DNA of 63,558 bases, filler included, from Aduncisulcus paluster (Eukaryota), in NCBI GenBank assembly GCA_024181965.1. It is 5 parts of 5 records of this genome, joined end to end, with 100 filler letters (N's around TTAATTAATTAA, not from the genome) between each part and the next. Parts side by side here need not be neighbours in the genome. Positions count along the whole stretch, not along the records: positions 20,951 to 38,865 come from BQXS01011108.1; positions 38,966 to 51,137 come from BQXS01011109.1; 3 more parts are not named here. One strand, given 5' to 3'. A program made the position numbers and the translations under genes. The stretch's first letter is position 1. Each line of letters opens with the position of its first letter. Shown one piece after another: positions 33,176-43,866 of the stretch. The notes beneath the pieces are model-generated. The model was given only the letters and a program-made list of their open reading frames with translations. It did not search any database and was not told the DNA's origin.

Positions 33176-36100
33176 TCATTCGATAAACCTTGAAGATTCC
33201 AGTTTCAAGCGTGAATACAAGAGAAAAGAATGATGGGAATTGTTTGTTTCTCCATCTAAGACCTCAACTTCATTTCTAAGACACCATTTCACACAAATGC
33301 ATCTTATTTTATACAGTTTATGTGAGAGGAGCATAGGAACATATTTAATGAGTGATTTCTTCAATGAGGGTTCTGTCTTTGAGCCCTTCCTATTTTGTCT
33401 CACCATGGTACCCTCACCCAAGTCTTTGTCTCTGCCATCTCTCGTGTCAGGACTATCCCTTGTCGATGAATCAAGTAATAATCCATGACAAGACAATGTT
33501 TCTAAAGATGCCCTCCATTCCCGATCACCCATCAATACACTGCATCCCCACACAAAGAGGAGAGAACATAAGGGTGTCCCAGCCTGGGCTCTTGCAAGGA
33601 TCTCGAGAGCATGTTTGACACACACGGAGCGAACAGAGGGAAGAAAGTGGCAAATGGATAACAGTTCAAGACAAGCCGACTGGACGAAGAAGGGAATAAA
33701 TCCATCAAGGTAGAAGAAATCCATGATGTAAACGAGGATAGAAATCACAACATCGACAATATGGACGGATTTCTTGGTTGGAATAGACACGACAAGTGCC
33801 CTCAAAGCATGGAGACAACGAACAATGATGTGGACATATAAATCCTCAGAATAATCACAAAGGATGGAATATTTCTCCAATTTAGAGGAATTTATACCAA
33901 GAATTTCCAACGAGGAGGGTTTATATGTGGAGATGGCCAATGGGTCGTCATCTGATTTTCTATCTTTAGAATATTGAGAAAGTATTGTGAAAATGACTAA
34001 AGATATCTCAGAGCACAATGCATCAATCTGATTCCAAGAACCATGAACAAGACTTTGAATCATGGTTTTTAATAAGCCAGACCGATGATTACACCGAAGA
34101 TCTCCTTGTTCAGGAATAAGAAGAGATGATGTAAATGTTTGAAGAATATTTTGAGAAGAAAATGGCCCTAAAAGGGAGTTAAAATAGAGAACAAGGTATA
34201 AATGAGTTTGTGGGGGAGATTCTAAAAATAGATCTTCTTGAGTATCACATTGAGAAATAACATTAGACAAAATATCGCGACTGAGTAGTGATTCGATGGA
34301 TCTAAGTTTTTGTTGCACTTGATTCTTCATATCCCTCCCACTTTCCTTCTCCTCTTCCTCCTTTTCTATCTTCTTTTGATCAATTTCAAAATCACCTGAA
34401 AATAACAATTGAGTTGATGATTCAATTGAATCGTTTAATTCTATTGATAAAACAGAATAGGATATCTTCATTTTCCATGAATCTGAACAACAATATAAAT
34501 AATCACAAGAATCAAAGATAACTTCAAACCAACGAAGAAATATTGGAAATATTTTTGCTTTCATCGTATTGTATTTCTTTATGGTACTTCGATAATGACC
34601 AATATTCTTTTGTTCGAAGAGTTCTTTCGACCTTTCTTCACAAGTTCCCCACCGATCTATTTCTCGAATAACTTCACTCCATGGCTTGAGTAAAACTGAT
34701 CTAAAAATAGTATACAATGGTGGAATAGCAGAATGTGTCATCATTTTCATAACAGAATGAAGCTGCAATCCGACATTTTGTACAACAAGTCCAATTCCTG
34801 CCAAAATAAGATTAGAAATCCGTTCTTTCTCAAAAGATTCCTCTAAAATTTCTGTTTCACTTGAGTTCACATAAATTAAATCATGTTTGGAGCATCGTCT
34901 CTTGCCAAGATCAAAAAATTGGACTGGATTGAATAGGAATGGAGAAATAACATCGATATGCGAGAAATATTTAATAATATTTGAACATATTCCCAAAATA
35001 GATTTCAATAATGAAGCTAAAAATAGAATATTTACAGGATTAAGATAAATCTCAGAACTTTTGGAAGGAGAAACCGAAGAGAAACGAATTCCTTTCTTTT
35101 CTTCTTCTTCTTCCTCTTTCCTCCTCCTCCTCCTCTCCATGATAAACATGAAATTTAATTCTTCTTTCGCTTACTTCCGTTTCAATTGCAAGAAAACATT
35201 TTTCGCCAATCATAGAAAGTTTTTGCATCAACTTAATGAGGATTATTGAGTTTTGAGCCTTGAAAATATGTGGGACTAAAAATAGAATACATAACACCGA
35301 AATAGAATGACAAGTTTGAGAAGAAATATCAGAATCGATTTGTATAGAAACAATATTGATCAATGCTGATAACCAAGAATAAACCATTTCAAATTCATCG
35401 ATTAACATTCTATTTATAGAATTAACCATCAGTTTTGGAATTATTTTTGGAATATTAGAACAGAATGAGAGCAAACTATGAGAGGAAGAAGGAATTGAAG
35501 TTGAAATTTTGAGAAGTCTATTGAAGAAATCATCTCGTTTAGCATCCAAAAGCTCAGAATTTGGATAAAATATCGGCAAAAGACATAATATTTGACAAAT
35601 GAATGCATTAGAATCCTGAAAAATCCTTTTAGAATCCGAACTCTGAACTCCATCATGAATGGATGCTGGAGATATCGAAAATGGGTGTAAAAACTCCTCA
35701 ATATGAACTTTTTCAGAAAGATAATGATATTTTGATTCCGCCAATCTCTGAATAAATATAATTAACGCATCAGAACAGAATCCACTTTCTTTTGATTCTC
35801 GGGTATTCAAAAAAAACGAACATAAGGAACGTAAAAGGAAGTAAAACGATGGAAATTCAGTAATAACTCCAATCTCACATAATTTTAAGGATTTTAATGT
35901 GAAAATAACAAATAATGTTTGGAAAGAAAAGGCACAAAAGTAATCTGGAAGATCATGGACAGATAGGGAAATACATTCTAATAATTCATGTGAAATAACT
36001 GTTTTTATGGAGGGTTTGACAACAGAGAGCTCTGACTTATCAGAAAGGTCACTTTTCGGACTTTTCTGTCGATAGGAAAGAAACAAGGCTGAACACTCAA

Positions 36101-36350
36101 AAATACATGAAATAAAGTTTTCCAATATTCTAATTCTATTATCTATTTCAATTGATGATGCTTTCTTCTTTAAGACCTTTAATTTTAGTATGCAAGAATT
36201 AATATACAGACCAAACGACTGAGAAAGCTTGTTATATTCATATTCACATTCATCATTTGTCAAAACTTTAATAAATAGCGAGAATACCGCGGCACAATTT
36301 GATTCATTTGGTTCTACACGCCTTTTCGTGATAAAACAATCTAAATTCAT
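33176..36350 (-). CDS. Probable single HEAT/ARM-like helical protein split by a +1 frameshift near 35120 (C-terminus weakly TELO2-like)
   Basis: ORFs 35052-36368 and 33176-35149 overlap across a GAG/GAA repeat; ...HGEEEEEE in the first frame continues as EEEEEEKKG in the second. Confidence 0.6.
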
Positions 36351-36778
36351 AAAACAATTAATAATCACAGAGAATATATATTATAATAGTATTATTAAAG
36401 CAAATTAAATTAGATTTAGAATAATAAATCTTGAAATTGCAGAGAAAATCGAAAATTGATTTTTGATATTTTCTCTTTTATTATTTACCATGAATTTGTT
36501 CCCCTTTCATTTATTTGAAAGTATTTAATTCTTTATTTTGCTAAAAGAGGTTGTATGAAATAAAGAAACAGAAGATCCACCAATAATGTATTCAGACAAT
36601 ACAATGGCAATAATAAACACAATAATCCAATAATATCGCGTCAAGATTCTCAGGATTATAAGTGACTGGGGTTAAATGCATTCAAAAAGTTGCAATGATA
36701 TTGGATAATAATAATTGAAGATATTATTATTTTGAAAAATAATACATATAAAATATAACTCATTTAAGATCAATAAAT

Positions 36779-38158
36779 CTAGCTTAAAAGAGGATTGAGT
36801 CCAAGAGCAAGAAGACTTCCACCAAACAAACCAGAATTCAAGAACACGGTCATCAGAACTCCTGCCTGAGGTTTATCTTTCTTTTCTACTTGCGTTGGTC
36901 CATACATCATGGCTAACGTTGACGTATATCCGTTTGTGGCCGAGAACAACAACATTGTAATGTAGAGTAAGAGATCAGAGTGGAGGACTTCCTCAACTTG
37001 GAGAATAATCAACGGATAGAAGATTAAACGTGCAAATACAACGACAATATTCGTCTTTCTACCCCACAATACAACCAACTGAGGAAGAGACCTTCCAACC
37101 ATATCACCAACCATGAAACAGCTCATGTTCCAGATTCCGAACCAATCGGGATCCATGGAGGAAGCGGGAGTAACCATGTTTGTGACACCAGGGAATAGGG
37201 CAAGTGTGATGAAAAACACAAAGAATATCGAAAGGCAATCAACCCAAATTGATTTCAATATTTCACCATTTGAACGTGGTTCTTCATTTCCAGCACCAAT
37301 TATATCCTCATCATCACCAAGAACATCTTTAGAGCCTTTTGACTCAACATCCTCGGGCATCACCTGTCCTATTATATCCCCAACTTCTTCAGTGATGAGC
37401 CCAGCAGTTGTTTCTTGTACAGGAGGAGAAATATTTTGTTCTTCGCCCACAGATTCATCAAAGGGAATGTAATCATTTGAATTTTGACCACCTCTGATCT
37501 TTCCATGCATCATCACAATTGTACGATGAGCCTTTGGAATACAACGAATAACCTCAAATCCAACCAGACAACAGATCAACACAACTCCAGCCAAAACAAA
37601 GTATATGATAGTTCCAGCAATGATTTGATCATCACTATTCATGGCAGCTTGCGTTATAATACGAATCAACTCCATAAGAATACCGGCAATTCCATTCCCA
37701 ATCATAGCAGCAACAGAGAAATCACCCCCAAGAGATGCAGAAAGAGAAAATATGGATCCACTAAGTATACCATTTGCGATACCCAAAACCATTGTAGTAA
37801 TGATCACGAGCACGAGAGCATCAGTTTGATTATTGATGGTGGTTGGAATCAAGGGAATTACAACAACCCCTGCAATTAAAATCAATAAAGTGATCCACAC
37901 ACGTTTGTTCAGATTCCATTTCTCACCCCATTTCATCATAATGAACAAAACGATCAATTGGGGGGCATTATAAGAAAATGAAATATAAAACAAAACATTA
38001 TAATCTGGCATCGTATAAGACCAAAAATTAACGGGTGTTATGATGGCATTGTAGATCAATAAGGCACCAGTACCAAGTAAAACAACAAGAAAATACAAAA
38101 GGCCATCTCCTCCACATCCCTTTTTTTCATTCTCTATTTTTGTTTCAATTTCCTCCAT
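36779..38158 (-). CDS. Equilibrative nucleoside transporter (SLC29/ENT)
   Basis: LLGTGALLIYNAIIT, GNGIAG, FFITLALFPG, GDMVGR, FSATNGY motifs; ~11 TM segments with a central cytosolic loop. Confidence 0.95.
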   Translation of the reverse strand: MEEIETKIENEKKGCGGDGLLYFLVVLLGTGALLIYNAIITPVNFWSYTMPDYNVLFYISFSYNAPQLIVLFIMMKWGEKWNLNKRVWITLLILIAGVVVIPLIPTTINNQTDALVLVIITTMVLGIANGILSGSIFSLSASLGGDFSVAAMIGNGIAGILMELIRIITQAAMNSDDQIIAGTIIYFVLAGVVLICCLVGFEVIRCIPKAHRTIVMMHGKIRGGQNSNDYIPFDESVGEEQNISPPVQETTAGLITEEVGDIIGQVMPEDVESKGSKDVLGDDEDIIGAGNEEPRSNGEILKSIWVDCLSIFFVFFITLALFPGVTNMVTPASSMDPDWFGIWNMSCFMVGDMVGRSLPQLVVLWGRKTNIVVVFARLIFYPLIILQVEEVLHSDLLLYITMLLFSATNGYTSTLAMMYGPTQVEKKDKPQAGVLMTVFLNSGLFGGSLLALGLNPLLS

Positions 38159-38689
38159 ATAGCTTATAATTTAGCAATTTGGTTTCAGAAATTCGGCAAT
38201 GAGAGCAAATCGGGCAATAATCATTGTTGAATCTATGGCCGCCGGAAATAATCATATTTTGATTTTTGAAATTTTCCTAAAATTGAAGTTTATAACGATT
38301 TGAATTATCTTCATCAAGTAGAATGCCCCTCTTAATAAGGAAATGATGTATTTTGGTTAGAAACAAACCAAGATATTTTTTGGATTGTCTGAAAGCATTT
38401 TCATTCAAAATTGATTCCAACACATTAAATAATTTTTGTATATTTCATATTCTACAACTATTGAACCCAGTCAAATACTTCAATGCATTATCTCTGAAAA
38501 TTGAATAATAATCGTGATCTTTCTTCAGAAATTAATTTTTTTTGAAACTATTATGATTGGAATAATTTTCTTATTTTATTGCAAATGATGAGATCTTGAC
38601 ATTCTATTTCAGAATGAACTGAGAAAGAAAATTTGTTCAAAATTTTGACATTAATTTTTTTGCACAATCTTTATATTGTAAAATTCTAA

Positions 38690-38865
<176 letters not shown>

Positions 38866-38965
38866 NNNNNNNNNNNNNNNNNNNNNNNNNNNNNNNNNNN
38901 NNNNNNNNNTTAATTAATTAANNNNNNNNNNNNNNNNNNNNNNNNNNNNNNNNNNNNNNNNNNNN
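38866..38965. other. Artificial contig linker
   Basis: N44-TTAATTAATTAA-N44. Confidence 0.98.
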
Positions 38966-39431
38966 CCACTCCTCCAACATGATGGCTGCCTGTGACCACC
39001 GTCATGGTCGTTACCTCACTGCCGCCGCTATCTTCCGTGGTCGTATGTCTACCAAGGAGGTTGAGGAGCAGATGTTCAACATCCAGAACAAGAACTCTTC
39101 CTACTTCGTTGAGTGGATCCCCAACAACATCAAGACCTCCATCTGTGACATCCCTCCCCGTGGTTTGAAGATGGCCTCCACTTTCATCGGTAACTCCACC
39201 GCCATCCAGGAGCTCTTCCGTCGTGTCCATGACCAATTCCGTGCTATGTTCACTCGTAGAGCTTTCCTTCACTGGTACACTGGTGAGGGTATGGATGACA
39301 TGGAATTCTCTGAAGCTGAGATGAACATGACCGATCTTGTCTCTGAGTACCAACAATACCAGGACGCCTCCGTCGACGATGACGAGGGTGAAGAGATGGA
39401 AGGTGAGGACGAAATGGAGGGTGACTTCTAA
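38966..39431 (+). CDS. TUBB: Beta-tubulin, C-terminal fragment (divergent)
   Basis: [64 protein letters not shown] plus acidic tail. Confidence 0.97.
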
Positions 39432-40019
39432 GTTCCTTAATTCTGTAATAAATTTTCATATTCGCCTTCGTTTTCTCTGTTGGAATCAATTTTTGTCTTT
39501 TGTTTCCAATTAGAGACAATTATCATTTCAAAAGATATATTCTCTCAATTTTACTTATGTTTGTGCATTTTAGATCATTTGAATCCATATAATCATCTAT
39601 TTAAGAGCTTTTTTGCTTTCCATCTCATTTCCACTGGGAAGAATTAGAGGTTTTCACATCAGTTTCATTAATACATATTGTAAAAGTTCTACATATCGTA
39701 ATTATACCCTTAAATATGTATATAATTGGTTTGTTAATGGGATGACCATTGTGATTAAATAACACCGTTAAAATTAAATTATGTGAAACAATGGTAATTA
39801 AAACATAACAATATCATAAATTATGGGATATTTAAAACAACTTTTTATCTCAAATGCCTTTAAGAAGGATAGTTTTCTGTTGGAAAGGAATCATGTCACA
39901 TTCAGTCAGAACGCTTGATCTCCTACTTTTGGCTTGAAATCATTTTGTATTCTGAGTTTCATTAATATTAATATTCTAATTTTCTTATAGTTATTTATAT
40001 TCAAAATTTATATTGAGAT

Positions 40020-43000
40020 ATGAGCGAGCCTCCGTCTTCGTATCAAAGATATTCTGTGATGGATAGCCGGGTTGACCATCCATATATTGCAGAAAGAGTT
40101 CGAGATTTATCATTTCAAAGGTCTCCTTCCTTTGATTCATCTGCTGGTGATAATATTCTTCACGTTACAATGATGGACGGAATTGAACATCAAAAATCTC
40201 CTCTTGACAGGTCTTTTTCTTTATTTCATAGTCTACAGCAAATTAATCGTCCCTGTGGAGTTTCATTGAATGATTTATATCGTGCTGTTTTATTGGTGAA
40301 TAGTCATCTCGGAAAACCTGAACATTGTGATGTTATTATGAAAGATTTATCCCTAAAGGTTACCATTCCACCGAAAATTAGAAAAATAGAGAAAAAACTT
40401 GCCAAAGCTAAAGAGAAAGAAAGAAGAGATCTCGAAGTACGAAAAAGAAATCGAACCACTTGGTGGCAATCACATTCTGCTTCAAGTGAAATTTCTGAAT
40501 CGATTGAAAAGCAACAACAAAACATTTCAAAGATAAAAGGAGAAGAATCTGAACATATATCCCATTCTTCTCTTGAGATTTCTAACCCCCCAAACACCTC
40601 AGACATTCATGATACCCAAGATCTTTCCGATTCTTCCGCAGGAGAAGTTCTTGAAAAAGTTCTTTCTTCCCCTCATTGCCACTCAACTGAGTTGGAGGAG
40701 GAAAATCTATTTGTTGACACACGAGAATCCGCAATTGGTGATATGACAGCCAAAGATGAGAGAAAACAAAGAAAACAAAAAGAATCAGCCCATAAATACC
40801 AACATATTCTAAAATCTGTTTCGTTTGAAGCCAAACAAGGTGAGCTACTCGCTATCATTGGTCCGAGTGGAAGCGGAAAGTCCTCCCTGCTTGCTTGTAT
40901 TTGTGGAGATGTGAAATATCCATTATTAACCGGGTCTGCTCTAATATTCGGCCATAAACCTGGGAGATGGATGAGAAGATACCTCGGCATTGTCAAGCAA
41001 AATGATGCCCACGTCCCGACAGATACAGTTCGTGAGGCTGTCAAATTCAGTTGTTGCTGTCGTGTTGGTGGTACCGCTGAGGAAATTGATTCAACAACGG
41101 ATACAGTCCTCAAAGTTCTTTCTCTCAATCATATTTCCCACCATATCATTGGAGGCACCGAAAGTGAGAGTGCGACGAGTACGTCTTCCACTGTGAGTGG
41201 TGGAGAGAGGAGAAGAGTTAGTATTGGTGTTGAACTCGTTGTTAATCCTACGATATTGCTGGCCGATGAGCCCACAAGCGGAATTGATAGTGCCACCGCT
41301 GATCGGTTTGTTGTTTTATTGAGACGATTGGCTGGAGGTGACACTGTTGGAAGTATGCTTGAACACATTGGATCCATTGATTCAATTGAAAGCGTTGAAA
41401 TAGTCGATGGGGAGCGACGTATTGGAAAGCACAAGAGAGTCATCATCACAACCATTCATAGACCTTCTTCCTCACAGTTTGCTCTGTTGGAACGTTTACT
41501 TGTCATGATGGAAGGAGAGGTTGCATTTTTCGGATATGTGTCCGATGTCGAGGAGTATTTTTCCTTGATAGGGTTCCCAGTCCCCAAAGATCACCATATT
41601 AATGTTTGTGATCATATTATCGATGTGGTTTCTAAAGATTCCTTAAAAGAGCCCACATTCTCACAATCATATGTCGATCGCAAAAGATATTTATCCCATC
41701 TTGCATCTTGTGCCAAAGCTCTACGCTACGGTATGCTATTCGATGATATGGTTGGCGGTGTTTTCCCTCCATCAAATCCTATTTTTATCTCGAATCCTCA
41801 AGATCCTTCGATGAAAGACCAAGGTTCTGCTGGTCGTTCATCCTCATTGAAAAGTGATACAACCATTATTGATGACACTTCCTCTTTGAAACTGACTGAA
41901 GATGTCACCACTGATCTTAGAAAATCTCTTGATGATGAAACAAAACATCCTGGGAAAGATTGTCCGAAAGATTGTGCAAAACTTACAGAAGAAGATGAAG
42001 AAGACGAAGGGAGTCTTGCGCACATGGTAAGTCCTCCCACCAAGGAGTGTATAAATCCTGAATATCATTCAAATCCTCCTGAAAGAATTCCAAGGGATTA
42101 TCAGTCCAAAACTGCTCCAGTCAAGATGAAATCTCCTGCTTCCTCCTCTACATCGTTTCAATTCGTGTCGGCTAGTGTGTCGGCATTTTCACAACCTGTT
42201 ACCGGCGATCCAAAGAATCAACTCTCAAAGTATTCACCAAATCAACAACAGGACAAAGATTCTTCACCATCCTGGCATCGAATGAAAGTCCATTCCTTCA
42301 AATATACCCGAGGGTTTTGGAGTCAACTTTTCCTCCTCTTGCACCGTATGTACACTCGATTCATGCGAGATCCATCCTTGGCCATTTTCCTTATTCTTCA
42401 ATACACATTCTTGGGTTTGTTTGTGGGATCTTTGTGGTTTCAGATTGGTTATGACCAGCAAAGTGTTCAAACTAGGAATGTTGTTTTATTTTTTTCATCC
42501 ACTCTTTTTCTTTTCTTACCAGTATATAATTCTAGTCTTATGTTTTCTCTTGATCGAGCGATTTATCAACGAGAGTATAGCAACGGATGTTACTGTACTT
42601 TTGCATATTACCTGCATTTCTTCCTTGCTTTTATTCCTGCCGATTTCCTGATGGCCGTTCTTTTCATATCAATATCATTTTGGATGGTTGATCTATCGCC
42701 GTTTTTCAGTTCCTATGTTCTTTACACTCTGAATGCTTTCATGGGAATTCAAGTCGCTCGATCATTTGCCATTGCTGTCACATCCCTTGTACGAGATGTT
42801 AGAACTGCCCAAATTCTTGCTGGAATCACGTTAACTCTGTTCTTTACTCAAGGTATCATGTTCGCTTCGATGGATGTTTCAGGAATGTGGATGTGGCTTC
42901 GATATATTTCCTTCTTTAGATTTGCTATTCTCAATGCACAGATCATTGTTTTTACCGATCTTGAATTCACTTGTCCACCAAATCCTCCTGGAACTTGTGC

Positions 43001-43160
43001 CATTAATACTGGAGCTGATGCTTTGCATTATTTTGGGCTTGAAAATATCTCATCTTCCACCGTGACGGCTTATTTCTTCATTTTGTTGGGAATGTTTTTA
43101 ATTTATTTCTTTGCAGGATTTTTGGGATTGCGTTATCGAAAATTCTCTCAATACAAATAA
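40020..43160 (+). CDS. ABCG (White-like) half-transporter
   Basis: Walker A GPSGSGKS, signature VSGGERRR, Walker B LLADEPTSG, H-loop TIHRPS; NBD precedes a six-TM ABC2 membrane domain. Confidence 0.95.
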   Translation: MSEPPSSYQRYSVMDSRVDHPYIAERVRDLSFQRSPSFDSSAGDNILHVTMMDGIEHQKSPLDRSFSLFHSLQQINRPCGVSLNDLYRAVLLVNSHLGKPEHCDVIMKDLSLKVTIPPKIRKIEKKLAKAKEKERRDLEVRKRNRTTWWQSHSASSEISESIEKQQQNISKIKGEESEHISHSSLEISNPPNTSDIHDTQDLSDSSAGEVLEKVLSSPHCHSTELEEENLFVDTRESAIGDMTAKDERKQRKQKESAHKYQHILKSVSFEAKQGELLAIIGPSGSGKSSLLACICGDVKYPLLTGSALIFGHKPGRWMRRYLGIVKQNDAHVPTDTVREAVKFSCCCRVGGTAEEIDSTTDTVLKVLSLNHISHHIIGGTESESATSTSSTVSGGERRRVSIGVELVVNPTILLADEPTSGIDSATADRFVVLLRRLAGGDTVGSMLEHIGSIDSIESVEIVDGERRIGKHKRVIITTIHRPSSSQFALLERLLVMMEGEVAFFGYVSDVEEYFSLIGFPVPKDHHINVCDHIIDVVSKDSLKEPTFSQSYVDRKRYLSHLASCAKALRYGMLFDDMVGGVFPPSNPIFISNPQDPSMKDQGSAGRSSSLKSDTTIIDDTSSLKLTEDVTTDLRKSLDDETKHPGKDCPKDCAKLTEEDEEDEGSLAHMVSPPTKECINPEYHSNPPERIPRDYQSKTAPVKMKSPASSSTSFQFVSASVSAFSQPVTGDPKNQLSKYSPNQQQDKDSSPSWHRMKVHSFKYTRGFWSQLFLLLHRMYTRFMRDPSLAIFLILQYTFLGLFVGSLWFQIGYDQQSVQTRNVVLFFSSTLFLFLPVYNSSLMFSLDRAIYQREYSNGCYCTFAYYLHFFLAFIPADFLMAVLFISISFWMVDLSPFFSSYVLYTLNAFMGIQVARSFAIAVTSLVRDVRTAQILAGITLTLFFTQGIMFASMDVSGMWMWLRYISFFRFAILNAQIIVFTDLEFTCPPNPPGTCAINTGADALHYFGLENISSSTVTAYFFILLGMFLIYFFAGFLGLRYRKFSQYK

Positions 43161-43440
43161 TGTTATANNNNNNNNNNNNNNNNNNNNTTTAGATTTGCTA
43201 TTCTCAATGCACAGATCATTGTTTTTACCGATCTTGAATTCACTTGTCCACCAAATCCTCCTGGAACTTGTGCCATTAATACTGGAGCTGATGCTTTGCA
43301 TTATTTTGGGCTTGAAAATATCTCATCTTCCACCGTGACGGCTTATTTCTTCATTTTGTTGGGAATGTTTTTAATTTATTTCTTTGCAGGATTTTTGGGA
43401 TTGCGTTATCGAAAATTCTCTCAATACAAATAATGTTATA
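42915..43440 (+). repeat. 253-bp direct duplication (42915-43167 = 43188-43440) flanking a 20-N gap; probable scaffolding overlap artefact
   Basis: Both copies run TTTAGATTTGCTATTC...AAATAATGTTATA and abut the Ns exactly. Confidence 0.93.
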
Positions 43441-43866
43441 AAAATAATTAATAATCATAACAGATACCTTAAAATCTATTTTACGACTTTTTCATTCTAA
43501 AATTTTTCGCTGCCCATGACATTCTGAACAATAACAATATCAATTTATATCATATTCACGAATCTTTCTATTTTTAGAATATTATCTATTTTTAGAAGTT
43601 GAAAATAATGGATGGGCTCTTTCAAACGCACAGAGCTTCATTGACGGGCTCTTCAGACGAGCAAAAGTACTTGCCAAACTGTCGTGAGCGGACCTGTGGA
43701 AAATAATGTTAACACACAGTGAATGAAGAGGTCTTACGTACGACTTTGAAGATCATTAAGATAATAATCTTATCGATCAATTCATATTTTAATAAAACTC
43801 TCCTCTGTGTCAGTTGTTGACGTTATACGGTAAAGAATTGACAACATCGTTCCATTAAGTTTCAAT

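Noticed and set aside
42915..43440. Tandem duplication of the ABCG 3' end (alternative terminal exon?)
   Set aside because: Copies look identical and end exactly at a 20-N gap, typical of an unmerged contig overlap.
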